Shown here: piece after piece, positions 1 through 11,407 of the stretch
Layout of the letters: each line of letters opens with the position of its first letter
Numbering within the stretch: the stretch's first letter is position 1
Assembly: GCA_965279035.1 (NCBI GenBank)
Contig: OZ257142.1
Span: 2,400,001-2,464,000 of the forward strand
Source: Bacteroidia bacterium
Lineage (GTDB): Bacteria > Bacteroidota > Bacteroidia > M30B66
Direction of reading: 5' to 3'
DNA length: 64,000 bases
Position numbers and translations under genes: made by a program
Notes under the pieces: model-generated
Seen by the model: the letters and a program-made list of their open reading frames with translations, nothing else
The model's database searches: none
What the model was told of the DNA's origin: nothing

Positions 1-863
1 TAACGTCCAAAAACTCCTAGTGGTAATTGTTGTCCACTGGTAGATGGTAAATACAATTCACCAATCTCCAATTTTGAATTAGGATGTGGTGTTTGAATGA
101 AGTGGTTTTGAAGAATTAAAGAAGAAAAACCAAGCGAATAGGTATTCAAAATCAAGAAATGTTCTTCTGGATTTAATAGTTGAAGTACATCTTTAATTAG
201 TTCATTGAGTTGTTTTTCGAGTTTCCAACTTTCACCATTAGCGCCATGTCCAAAAGCTGGAGGATCCATGATAATTCCATGGTAAGTATTTCCTCTCCGA
301 AGTTCGCGCTTCACAAATTTCATGGCATCTTCAATCACCCAACGGATATCACTCAAGCCCGAATGTGTTTGATTTTCATTGGCCCATGTAACAACCTGTT
401 TAATCGAATCAACATGTGTCACATCTGCACCAGCCGATTTTGCCGCAAGTGAAGCTGCTCCTGTGTAAGCAAAAAGATTTAGGAATTTGGGTTGTTGAGT
501 TTTAAGCTTGCTGATACTGTTTCCTATATGATCCCAATTCACCGCTTGTTCAGGAAAAACTCCAACATGTTTAAACGAAGTGAGTGCTAAACGTAATTTT
601 AATTTAACGTTTTTCTTCTCATACCGAATCATCCAGCGATCGGGCATGGGTTTAATCTTTTCCCAGATTCCTGAAGAACTACTTTTTGCTACAAAACGAA
701 CATGGGCTCGCTTATTCCAATCGCTTTCTTTATATATTTTATCCCAAAGTGCCTGTGGTTCAGGACGTATCGTAATGTATTCTCCAAAACGTTCTAGTTT
801 CTCGAAATTGCCTGAATCGATCAGTTCGTAATCAGCAAATTGGGTAGGGTGTAGTAAAAGCAC
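1..863 (-). CDS. Class I SAM-dependent methyltransferase (RlmI/YwbD-like), 3' end runs off the window
   Basis: Missing from the ORF track. Manual translation from GTG at 863 gives MLLLHPTQFADYELIDSGNFEKLERFGEYITIRPEPQALWDK..., then TSFKHVGVFPEQAVNWD, LNLFAYTGAASL and ...LPLGVFGR at the window edge, matching recalled family motifs. Confidence 0.85.
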   Translation of the reverse strand, partial: MLLLHPTQFADYELIDSGNFEKLERFGEYITIRPEPQALWDKIYKESDWNKRAHVRFVAKSSSSGIWEKIKPMPDRWMIRYEKKNVKLKLRLALTSFKHVGVFPEQAVNWDHIGNSISKLKTQQPKFLNLFAYTGAASLAAKSAGADVTHVDSIKQVVTWANENQTHSGLSDIRWVIEDAMKFVKRELRRGNTYHGIIMDPPAFGHGANGESWKLEKQLNELIKDVLQLLNPEEHFLILNTYSLGFSSLILQNHFIQTPHPNSKLEIGELYLPSTSGQQLPLGVFGR

Positions 864-866
864 GCA

Positions 867-874
867 CAAAGATA
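867..874 (-). promoter_or_regulatory. Bacteroidota -7 promoter element TATCTTTG
   Basis: Exact TAnnTTTG match on the minus strand, 3 nt before the GTG at 863. Confidence 0.6.
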
Positions 875-911
875 CAAACTTGACTCAGGTAGAGAATGCT
901 CATTCGTTTAC

Positions 912-944
912 AAAAAAAAGGTCCGGATGACGAATCTACGGACC
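912..944 (-). terminator. Rho-independent terminator
   Basis: ggtccg...cggacc stem with an A8 tract (U8 on the minus strand) just past the stop at 961. Confidence 0.7.
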
Positions 945-960
945 ATTACTATTGAATTTT

Positions 961-3828
961 TTACTTCATCAACTTCATTGTTTGGATTTTACCATTCGAC
1001 ATACTCAAATTCAAAATATACAAACCATTGGATAAATCAGTAGTATCGAACCAAGAAGTTGATTGGATAATTCTCCGTTCAACCAAACGACCATCAGATT
1101 GAAACAATTGAACAATAATACGTTCTGATTGATTCAATTGAATTTGAAATCCTTCTGAAAAAAATGTTGGATTAACATGAATATTATCTTTCTCTAAATC
1201 AGAAATATACGTACAAACATCTACACTAATACTTCCGCTAGCGCTACTGCTACATCCATTGCTGGCTGTATAGGTATAAACCGGATTGTAAGTTCCTACA
1301 GACAAGCTGCTTGGATCGAAAAATCCATTGTTAACTGCCACACCCGACCATGTTCCACCTGAGGGACTACCACCTGATAATTCAACCAAACCACCATTGA
1401 TACAAACGGCAGATTGGAAATCAACGAAAACGATTGGAGCATCGGTGTTTTGAGTGATAGTAACAGATACAGATTTGCTACATCCGGCTTGAGTTACAAT
1501 AACTGTATAAAATCCACCAGTTGTAATTGTATTATTTGCCGTATTCAGCGATGAGCCAGCATTCCAAGAGTATGAACTTCCGCCACTAGCAGATAATTGA
1601 ATGGAAGGAGTGGAACAGGTTATTTCAGTTTCACCATTGGTATTAATAGTTGCTGATGGTAATGCAACAACATTAAATAATGTCGAACCAGTGCTAGTGA
1701 AATTGGGTGAGGTAGAATGAATTCGTACTGAATAAGAGCCACTTGTTAAATTGCTAGGAAGCGTTCCAGAAATCAAACCACCCGATTGTGCAGACAAACT
1801 TCCAATGACAACAGGTGTAGTAAATGTACCACCAACATTACTTAATTCTAAGTCAAACGTGTTTCCGGAATTATATTGTCCAGTACTTGAAAAATCAACA
1901 TTTACAACTGATCCAGCGCAATTTGATACCTGTGAAACCGATGATATGGATGCACTCACTGGTTGTGCTACTAAAAAGCAACAAGCGGAAGTCCAGTCGC
2001 TAGCTAAAGTGCCTTCTACAGCTCGAACTCGCCAGCAATAATTACTTCCTTGTGGAAGAGCACCTGTAGAATAGGTTGTGCCTGTTAAGCCTGTCACCGA
2101 TGGATTTCCGCTGAATGATAAGGAAGAATTTGTAATCTCTAATTGATAACTATTAGCAGTACCTGTTCCGGTCCAGTTAAGTGTTACACCCGAAAAAGGC
2201 TGATTAGTTAAACCGCAGTTTCCTGCTGCTACAGTAGGAGATGGAGGAAGCACAACAGGTGCATTTCCCGTCGAAAACCAACGTTGTGTCCATGCAGATG
2301 TATCAACACCATTTATAGCTCGAACGCGCCAGAAATAAACGGTATTAGCTAATAATCCAGTTAATCCTTGTTGGGTATCTGAATTTCCATCCGTAGAATT
2401 CACATAATTCTTGGTAACTTCCAGTAAATTGCCTGTATTAAACAAATTACTCACATCAATCTGCATTTGATAATACGTAACTCCCGAATGTGGTGCCCAA
2501 TTTAATGTTGGATTCAAACTTATATTTAATGCAGCATCAGCTGGATAAGATAAATTCACATAATTCCGAGTATTAATCGACCAAACAGTTGACCAAGTAC
2601 AGGTATCCACTGCATTCCGAGCTCTCACTCTCCAATAATAGGTTTTACCAAAATAGATATCGTACAAATAAGTTTGTGTATCGTTATTTCCATCGGTTGA
2701 ATTAATGTATGCATTCGAGCCAGTGCGAAAAGCAGGTGAAGTAAAGGATGCTAAAGTATCTGCTTGCCAATCATAATAAGAAACACCGGAATGAGGCGCC
2801 CAATTGATTGTACATCCAGTCCATTGATCTGTACCTGAAGTTGGACTTGATTGCGTCACATAATCACGCACATTAATCGTCCAGACCGTTGACCATAAAC
2901 ATGTATCTACCGCATTTCGAGCTCTCACTCTCCAATAATAGGTTTTGCCAAAATAGATATCGTACAAATAGGTTTGAGTATCGCTATTTCCATCGGTTGA
3001 ATTAATGTATGCATTCGATCCAGATCGAAATGCTGGAGAAGAAAACGAGGCTGATGTATCTGCTTGCCAATCATAATAAGAAACACCGGAATGTGGTGCC
3101 CAATTTAATGTACAACCAGACCATTGATCTGAACCTGAACTTGGACTTGATTGCGTTACATAATCACGTACGTTAATGGTCCATAGGGTTGACCAAGTAC
3201 ATGTATCTACAGCATTTCGAGCTCTTACTCTCCAATAATAGGTTTTGCCAAAATAAATATCGGTTAAGTATTGTTGAGTGTCATTATTTCCTTCGGTTGA
3301 ATTAATGTAAGCATTAGAGCCAGAACGAAATGCTGGTGAAGAAAACGATGCAGATGTATCTGCTTGCCAATCATAAAAAGAAACACCCGTATGTGGAGCC
3401 CAATTTAATGTTACCCCAGCCCATTGATCAGAGCCTGTTGTTGGTGAAGTTTGAGTTACATAATCACGTGTAATAAAGGTTGAATTGGTCCAAGTCGACG
3501 TATCATTTGTCACATAAGCCCGAACTCTCCAATAATAGGTTTTTCCAAAATACAGATTGGCTGGATAGTCTTCCGTGTCGCTATTTCCACTAGTAGAGTT
3601 GATATAGGCTTTAAAGTTATTTTGAAATACCGGTGAATTAAACGTTGCAACTGTGTCCCATTGAACTTGATATCCAGCCGAATTTGAAACTGAAGACCAA
3701 TTAATTGTTACACCAACCCAAACAGTTGAGCCATTTGTTGGAGAGGTTACACTTGGGGCATTCCAGGCAAACGAAAAGGGAATTAAAAGGACCATGAAAA
3801 GTCCAGTTAAAAGAATTTTTGATTTCAT
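961..3828 (-). CDS. T9SS-secreted protein with tandem FN3-like repeats
   Basis: Signal peptide; 5-6 ~100-aa units with TLNW...Y.WQ.D...YYWRVRA; Ig/SprB-like stalk; C-terminal T9SS type A tail (LSNGLYILNL...TMKLMK). Confidence 0.85.
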   Translation of the reverse strand: MKSKILLTGLFMVLLIPFSFAWNAPSVTSPTNGSTVWVGVTINWSSVSNSAGYQVQWDTVATFNSPVFQNNFKAYINSTSGNSDTEDYPANLYFGKTYYWRVRAYVTNDTSTWTNSTFITRDYVTQTSPTTGSDQWAGVTLNWAPHTGVSFYDWQADTSASFSSPAFRSGSNAYINSTEGNNDTQQYLTDIYFGKTYYWRVRARNAVDTCTWSTLWTINVRDYVTQSSPSSGSDQWSGCTLNWAPHSGVSYYDWQADTSASFSSPAFRSGSNAYINSTDGNSDTQTYLYDIYFGKTYYWRVRARNAVDTCLWSTVWTINVRDYVTQSSPTSGTDQWTGCTINWAPHSGVSYYDWQADTLASFTSPAFRTGSNAYINSTDGNNDTQTYLYDIYFGKTYYWRVRARNAVDTCTWSTVWSINTRNYVNLSYPADAALNISLNPTLNWAPHSGVTYYQMQIDVSNLFNTGNLLEVTKNYVNSTDGNSDTQQGLTGLLANTVYFWRVRAINGVDTSAWTQRWFSTGNAPVVLPPSPTVAAGNCGLTNQPFSGVTLNWTGTGTANSYQLEITNSSLSFSGNPSVTGLTGTTYSTGALPQGSNYCWRVRAVEGTLASDWTSACCFLVAQPVSASISSVSQVSNCAGSVVNVDFSSTGQYNSGNTFDLELSNVGGTFTTPVVIGSLSAQSGGLISGTLPSNLTSGSYSVRIHSTSPNFTSTGSTLFNVVALPSATINTNGETEITCSTPSIQLSASGGSSYSWNAGSSLNTANNTITTGGFYTVIVTQAGCSKSVSVTITQNTDAPIVFVDFQSAVCINGGLVELSGGSPSGGTWSGVAVNNGFFDPSSLSVGTYNPVYTYTASNGCSSSASGSISVDVCTYISDLEKDNIHVNPTFFSEGFQIQLNQSERIIVQLFQSDGRLVERRIIQSTSWFDTTDLSNGLYILNLSMSNGKIQTMKLMK
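2270..3765 (-). repeat. Intragenic tandem repeat with a 300-bp period
   Basis: Near-identical strings recur exactly 300 nt apart, e.g. ggtttt(a/g)ccaaaata at 2641/2941/3241 and cataat(c/t) at about 2558/2858/3158/3458. Confidence 0.9.
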
Positions 3829-3962
3829 ATGTTGAATGGGTTAATTGCTTGAAAAGTAGAGAAAAAAATAGAAAATCGTGTTTGAAAAAAGGGTTGATTT
3901 ATTCAACTATCTAAGACGAAACAAAAAGAATTCTCGTTATTTACATTCAATCAACAAGCAAT

Positions 3963-4871
3963 ATGAATTCAATCAAAACGCTATTTTTTCTGTTCATTTT
4001 AGGTTGTTATTTACCTTCATTGGCTCAGGATGCAGATCGAAAAGCTAGTATTTATTTTCCTTTCAATAGTTCTGTACCAGAGTTGGAATCACTGCAAAAC
4101 CTACAAAAGCTTCTTTCAATTGCACATTTCGATACACTTAAATTAACTGCTCATTGCGACGCAATTGGTTCGGATCATTACAATGATTCATTATCGAACA
4201 AAAGAAAGGATGCAGTAATTCATTGGCTCATTGAGCAAAAGCTGATAAATACTCAAACCATTAAAATTATCTCATCAGCACAAGGAGAACGGAAGCCTTT
4301 AAATTCAAATGCTACTGAAGAAGAGCGTCGATTAAACCGGCGTGTAGAATTGACTTGGAATAAAATCCGTCAGGTGATTGAAATTCCTAAAAAACCAGTT
4401 CATGATATTCAAGTTGATACCGTTGCTCAAACTGAAATCAAACAACCCATTGAATCTCAAACTAGTTCAATGGCAGAACAAATTGAGCAAGCAAAAGAAA
4501 CGGGCAAATCACTCATTTTAAAGAATATTAATTTTGTTGGTGGACGAGCTCAGTTTCTACCGATTGCATTTCCAACACTAAAAGAATTAGTTAAAATAAT
4601 GAAAGAAAATCCGGAATTGAAGATCGAAATTCAGGGACATGTTTGTTGTACGATGGATGGTGCTGATGGCCCAAATCTGGAAACAGGCGGTGAAGAACTT
4701 TCGGTTGATCGAGCCAGAGCGGTATATGATTATTTAATCTACAACGGAATTGAAAAATCGCGCTTACGCTACAAAGGCTTTGGTGGAAAAAAGCGATTAA
4801 TTTATCCCGAAATGTCTGAATCGGATCGTGTAACCAACCGACGTGTTGAAATAGTCGTATTGAAAGATTAA
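3963..4871 (+). CDS. OmpA-family protein with two peptidoglycan-binding OmpA C-like domains
   Basis: Signal peptide; two motif sets, HCDAIGS..YN..LS..R...NRRVE and GHVCC...LSVDRARAV...NRRVE. Confidence 0.85.
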   Translation: MNSIKTLFFLFILGCYLPSLAQDADRKASIYFPFNSSVPELESLQNLQKLLSIAHFDTLKLTAHCDAIGSDHYNDSLSNKRKDAVIHWLIEQKLINTQTIKIISSAQGERKPLNSNATEEERRLNRRVELTWNKIRQVIEIPKKPVHDIQVDTVAQTEIKQPIESQTSSMAEQIEQAKETGKSLILKNINFVGGRAQFLPIAFPTLKELVKIMKENPELKIEIQGHVCCTMDGADGPNLETGGEELSVDRARAVYDYLIYNGIEKSRLRYKGFGGKKRLIYPEMSESDRVTNRRVEIVVLKD

Positions 4872-5797
4872 AGATTTAGTGGACCTTGTTTTCTAAATTC
4901 TCCAGGGGTTTGTCCAGTAAGCTTTTTAAATAATATAAAAAAGTAATTGGTATTGTTGAAACCTGAACGGTAGCAAACATCCGTTAATGACAATCCTAAA
5001 TCGCACAGTAGCTTTTTAGCTAGATTAATGCGTTCCTTTTGAATAAATTCAACAGGTGTTAATCCTAATTCACGTTTGAATGCACGATGGAAATTAGCTT
5101 TACTCATGCATGCCATTTCGCTCAATTTATCAATGCATAACACATCTCCTAAATGGCTTTGTATATGAGAAATTGCATAGGCTAATCTATTTCGAGAACT
5201 GTTTTCACTGGCATGATCAATCAATACTTTGCGTGCTTGGGTTTGAAGCAAACGAACAATCAATTCTTGTATAGAAAGATTTGCCAATAAATCCCTTGAC
5301 TGATGGGGCTCTAAACTCAATTTAACCAAGCGACTTAATGTATCTGCCAACTGATCATTATTTCGAAAATGAAATTGATTCCAGGCAATATCCCAAAGTT
5401 CTCCGTCTTCCGATTTGGGATAATGTTCGTTTAATAATCCAATTGTCTGTCGAATAATATCCTGATTCACAGCTAATGCTAAACACTGTGTTGGATTGCT
5501 CTGTTTGGCTTCAGGAAAATCAATCAACATTTCTTCCCCTGGACCAAGAATAACCGATTCTCCAGGATAATATTCAAAGTGTGTATCACCTTTGAGATGC
5601 ATCACTTTTTTTCCAAGCAACATCGATGTAAATACCAAATCATCAAATTGTAATCGAACATTATCAGCCTGCAAATGCGTTTCGAAAACATTTAACTCAA
5701 ACTGTGGACGAGAGATCACCGTTCGGTTTTCAACTAAAGTCAATAAATCCTCTGGTTTTCGAAGTGATGGAGCAAAAGGAACAAACGATGACTGCAT
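4868..5797 (-). CDS. AraC-family transcriptional regulator
   Basis: C-terminal double HTH (LSEMACMSKANFHRAFKRELG; GFNNTNYFFILFKKLTGQTPGEFR); divergent from the aldehyde dehydrogenase. Confidence 0.9.
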   Translation of the reverse strand: MQSSFVPFAPSLRKPEDLLTLVENRTVISRPQFELNVFETHLQADNVRLQFDDLVFTSMLLGKKVMHLKGDTHFEYYPGESVILGPGEEMLIDFPEAKQSNPTQCLALAVNQDIIRQTIGLLNEHYPKSEDGELWDIAWNQFHFRNNDQLADTLSRLVKLSLEPHQSRDLLANLSIQELIVRLLQTQARKVLIDHASENSSRNRLAYAISHIQSHLGDVLCIDKLSEMACMSKANFHRAFKRELGLTPVEFIQKERINLAKKLLCDLGLSLTDVCYRSGFNNTNYFFILFKKLTGQTPGEFRKQGPLNL

Positions 5798-5950
5798 AGA
5801 TTTGGTTGATTATCTAAGGCAATTTAAAGATAATATCAATTTGTTGACGTTAAAAATAAACAATGAGAGTATTGTAAACTCCTTTGATACAATCATCAAT
5901 ACGATTCCATTGTAAGCTGGTTAATCTTGTTTAAACGAATCATCACTCTT

Positions 5951-7474
5951 ATGGAAACTTTAGAATCAACTCAAGTACTTGTGGCTCGACCACATTTTAA
6001 AAGTCGTTACGACAACTTTATTGGTGGCAAATTTGTCGCACCGGTAAATGGAGAATATTTCGATAATATTTCTCCAATCGATGGTAAGGCATTTACTCAA
6101 GCTGCCCGTTCAACCAAAGAAGACATCGATTTAGCTATTGAAGCAGCTTGGAAAGCATTTCCTTCTTGGTCGAAAACATCGGTTACTGATCGTAGTAATA
6201 TGTTGTTGAAGATTGCTGATGTGATGGAAAAGAATCTCGAACTTTTAGCAACAATCGAAACTATCGATAATGGTAAAGCCATTCGTGAAACACGTGCCGC
6301 AGATCTTCCTCTAGCAATTGACCATTTCCGTTACTATGCAGGCGTCATTCGTGGTGAAGAAAGTACCGTTTCAGAACTCGATCACAATACCTTGTCTTTG
6401 AATATCCACGAACCAATTGGTGTTGTTGGACAAATCATTCCATGGAATTTCCCTCTATTGATGGCTGCTTGGAAAATCGCTCCAGCATTGGCTGCAGGTT
6501 GTTGCACCATTGTAAAACCAGCAGAACAAACTCCAACAAGTTTAATGGTTTTAATGGAACTCATTGCTGGAATTTTGCCGGATGGTGTTCTTAACGTATT
6601 AACTGGTTTCGGTCCTGAAGCTGGAAAACCATTGGCTCAACATCCACGTTTGAGTAAAGTAGCTTTCACAGGAGAAACTACTACTGGTCGTTTGATTATG
6701 CAGTATGCTTCCGAAAACTTAATACCTGTTACCATGGAACTAGGAGGGAAGTCGCCCAATATTTTCTTCCCAAGTATTGTAGATGCTGATGATGAATTCT
6801 TCGACAAAGCCATTGAAGGTGCGGTATTATTCGCCTTAAATCAAGGGGAAGTGTGTACTTGTCCTTCGCGTGTTTTAGTTCACGAGAAAGCGTATGACAA
6901 ATTCATCGAACGTGTGATTGCTCGTACGAAAGCCATTAAAGTTGGAAATCCACTCGATCCAACAACCATGATGGGAGCTCAAGCTTCGAATGATCAATAT
7001 CAAAAAATTCTTTCTTACCTCGAAATTGGTAAACAAGAAGGAGCTGAGTTATTGACTGGCGGAGGTGCTAAACATGTCAACAGCGGTTGTGAAAATGGAT
7101 ATTACATCGAGCCAACGTTGTTTCGTGGCACGAACAAAATGCGCATTTTCCAAGAAGAAATTTTTGGACCGGTGAGCTCTGTTACTACATTCAAAACAAC
7201 CGAAGAAGCCATTGCCATTGCGAATGATTCGCTTTACGGATTAGGTGCTGGTGTTTGGACTCGCGATGCACATGAAATGTTCCAAGTTCCTCGTGCTATT
7301 CAAGCAGGTCGTGTTTGGGTGAATTGTTACCATGCATATCCAGCTCATGCTCCTTTTGGTGGCTACAAAAAATCAGGTTTCGGACGTGAGACGCATAAAA
7401 TGATGTTGAATCATTATCGTCAAAACAAGAACATGCTGATTTCATTTGACAAAAATAAATTAGGCTTCTTCTGA
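5951..7474 (+). CDS. aldB: NAD(P)-dependent aldehyde dehydrogenase (AldB/ExaC type)
   Basis: [37 protein letters not shown] and [12 protein letters not shown] motifs; ATG at 5951 preferred over TTG at 5927. Confidence 0.9.
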   Translation: METLESTQVLVARPHFKSRYDNFIGGKFVAPVNGEYFDNISPIDGKAFTQAARSTKEDIDLAIEAAWKAFPSWSKTSVTDRSNMLLKIADVMEKNLELLATIETIDNGKAIRETRAADLPLAIDHFRYYAGVIRGEESTVSELDHNTLSLNIHEPIGVVGQIIPWNFPLLMAAWKIAPALAAGCCTIVKPAEQTPTSLMVLMELIAGILPDGVLNVLTGFGPEAGKPLAQHPRLSKVAFTGETTTGRLIMQYASENLIPVTMELGGKSPNIFFPSIVDADDEFFDKAIEGAVLFALNQGEVCTCPSRVLVHEKAYDKFIERVIARTKAIKVGNPLDPTTMMGAQASNDQYQKILSYLEIGKQEGAELLTGGGAKHVNSGCENGYYIEPTLFRGTNKMRIFQEEIFGPVSSVTTFKTTEEAIAIANDSLYGLGAGVWTRDAHEMFQVPRAIQAGRVWVNCYHAYPAHAPFGGYKKSGFGRETHKMMLNHYRQNKNMLISFDKNKLGFF

Positions 7475-7499
7475 GCTTAAAATAATTAGGATTGACACT

Positions 7500-7539
7500 A
7501 AAACAGAGGACTTTTTAAAAGAAGAGTTCTCTGTTTTTT
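7500..7539 (+). terminator. Hairpin plus U-tract between aldB and DUF779
   Basis: aaaacagaggac...gttctctgtttttt. Confidence 0.6.
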
Positions 7540-7551
7540 AATTATGATACG

Positions 7552-7911
7552 ATGGAAAAGGAAGAAAATGTTTGTGCTACACCGGCTGCACTCGAACTAA
7601 TTGAAAAGCTTAAGTCAATGCACGGTGAATTAATGTTTCACCAAAGCGGCGGATGTTGCGATGGTTCGGCTCCCATGTGTTTCGAATTGGGCGATTTTAA
7701 AGTAGGGGAGAGCGATCTACTCATCGGACACATTGGTGGTAGTCCGTTTTACATTAGTGCAGACCAATTTGATTATTGGAAGCACACACAATTGATAATT
7801 GATGTTACACCTGGTAGAGGAAGCAGTTTTTCCATTGAAATTCCATTAGGTGTGCGGTTTCTTTTACGCTCTCAACTTCGCGAGCAGCCTATGTCAATCA
7901 TTGATAAATAA
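7552..7911 (+). CDS. DUF779 family protein
   Basis: FHQSGGCCDGSAPMC and QFDYWKHTQLIIDV.PGRG..FS motifs; usual neighbour of aldB. Confidence 0.9.
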   Translation: MEKEENVCATPAALELIEKLKSMHGELMFHQSGGCCDGSAPMCFELGDFKVGESDLLIGHIGGSPFYISADQFDYWKHTQLIIDVTPGRGSSFSIEIPLGVRFLLRSQLREQPMSIIDK

Positions 7912-7939
7912 AAAATCCTGCTTTTGGCGGGATGCTTTT
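7911..7939. terminator. Probable bidirectional terminator
   Basis: aaaaatcctgc-tttt-ggcgggat between convergent genes. Confidence 0.55.
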
Positions 7940-7954
7940 AAACGGAAATTAGGA

Positions 7955-9034
7955 TTAAACCAAGGCTAAAGTAGGATAATCGATATATCCTTTTTCACTG
8001 GGTGTGTAAAAGGTACTATAGTCGGGAGCACTTAGTTCAGCATCGGTTTTCATTCGTTCAACTAAATCGGGATTGGAAATAAATGGGCGGCCAAATGCAA
8101 TCAATTGAGCTTTATCATTCGCTAAATCACTTTCAGCGCGTACCTTATCGTATGCTCCGCTTAGAATTAAGGTTCCTTTAAATGCATTTCGAATAGCAGA
8201 AACTACTTCTTCACCAACGGCTGGAGTTCCCATAGAAGAATGATCAACCAAATGGATGTACACTAAATTCAATTTATTAAGCTCTTTTGCTAAATAAGTA
8301 TAGGTTTCTTCCACTTCAGGATAAGGAAGAATATCGTTAAATGCACCATTGGGTGATAAACGAATCCCAACACGATCAGCACCTATAGCTTCGCTAGTAG
8401 CTTTTGCTACTTCTATGGCAAATCGGCAACGCTTTTCAATCGATCCACCATATTCATCGCTACGATGGTTCGACATAGGAGCAATAAATTGTTCGATCAA
8501 ATATCCATTGGCACCATGCAATTCAACACCATCAAAACCTGCTTCTATTGCATTCTTTGAAGCTTGTACATATTCCGCTATAGATGAGTGAATTTCAGCT
8601 ATACTCATTTCTTTGGGTGCAGAATAATCAACCATTCCTGCATCATCGGTATAAATCTTTCCTTTCATCTGAATAGCCGATGGAGCAAGTATTACAGCTC
8701 CTTCAGGCAAACATGATTGATGACTAACTCGTCCGGTATGCATGAGTTGAAGGAAGATTTTTCCTCCCTTTTCATGAACTGCTTCGGTAACAGTTTTCCA
8801 AGCTGCAATTTGAGCATCATTATATATACCCGGAATACGCGGATAACCAACACCATTGGGAGAAGGAGAAGTTCCTTCACTTATTATTAAACCAGCAGAA
8901 GCTCTTTGACTATAATAAGTAGCAACCATTGCTTGAGGGACATTATCTCGCGAAGATCTATTTCGTGTCATGGGCGACATGACAACTGCATTCTTCAATT
9001 CAATTGAGCCTAGTTTGTAGGGTGAGAAAAGCAT
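7955..9034 (-). CDS. nemA: Alkene reductase, Old Yellow Enzyme/NemA family
   Basis: SPMTRNR, QLMHTGR, ELHGANGYLIEQF and FGRPFISNPDL motifs. Confidence 0.85.
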   Translation of the reverse strand: MLFSPYKLGSIELKNAVVMSPMTRNRSSRDNVPQAMVATYYSQRASAGLIISEGTSPSPNGVGYPRIPGIYNDAQIAAWKTVTEAVHEKGGKIFLQLMHTGRVSHQSCLPEGAVILAPSAIQMKGKIYTDDAGMVDYSAPKEMSIAEIHSSIAEYVQASKNAIEAGFDGVELHGANGYLIEQFIAPMSNHRSDEYGGSIEKRCRFAIEVAKATSEAIGADRVGIRLSPNGAFNDILPYPEVEETYTYLAKELNKLNLVYIHLVDHSSMGTPAVGEEVVSAIRNAFKGTLILSGAYDKVRAESDLANDKAQLIAFGRPFISNPDLVERMKTDAELSAPDYSTFYTPSEKGYIDYPTLALV

Positions 9035-9101
9035 GTGAATTTAGTTTAGAACACAAATATATGTTGAAACATGATTGTATGTACAAATATGTGAATTATA
9101 T

Positions 9102-9139
9102 AAAAAAAACGCCGGATAACTTGAATTACCCGGCGTTTT
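9102..9139 (-). terminator. gyrB terminator
   Basis: aaaaaaacgccgg-ataacttgaattac-ccggcgtttt. Confidence 0.8.
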
Positions 9140-9156
9140 AAACTTATGTCAATTGA

Positions 9157-11145
<1,989 letters not shown>

Positions 11146-11192
11146 TCAGTACGAAACGTATTGCTACGTAAGAAGCTTTTCTTAAAGCCGTG

Positions 11193-11200
11193 CAAATTTA
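11193..11200 (-). promoter_or_regulatory. -7 promoter element of gyrB (TAAATTTG)
   Basis: Exact TAnnTTTG match upstream of gyrB. Confidence 0.6.
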
Positions 11201-11407
11201 GCAAAATCGGGCATATGAGGAAGCGAAAGCGTATCAGTCTACTGCTTATTTTTTCACAGTTAATTAACATTTTAAAAACATTCTGAATGAACCCATTCAA
11301 CCCCAATTTTAAAATGCATATTCTTTAACAAGTTGATGTGAGTAATCTGTGTTTTTTGGAATGATTTGAATCAATCTAGCTTCTATCTTGTCGATAAATA
11401 CAAATCA

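Noticed and set aside
210-831. Plus-strand ORFs 210-452 and 580-831, and the many other short antisense or nested ORFs in the track
   Set aside because: They are shadows of well-supported genes in another frame or strand and show no recognisable motifs.
2270-3765. Repeat array as a CRISPR array or DGR template/variable pair
   Set aside because: The repeats are in-frame 300-bp protein units with no spacers, and there is no cas or reverse transcriptase gene; the differences are not evidently adenine-specific.
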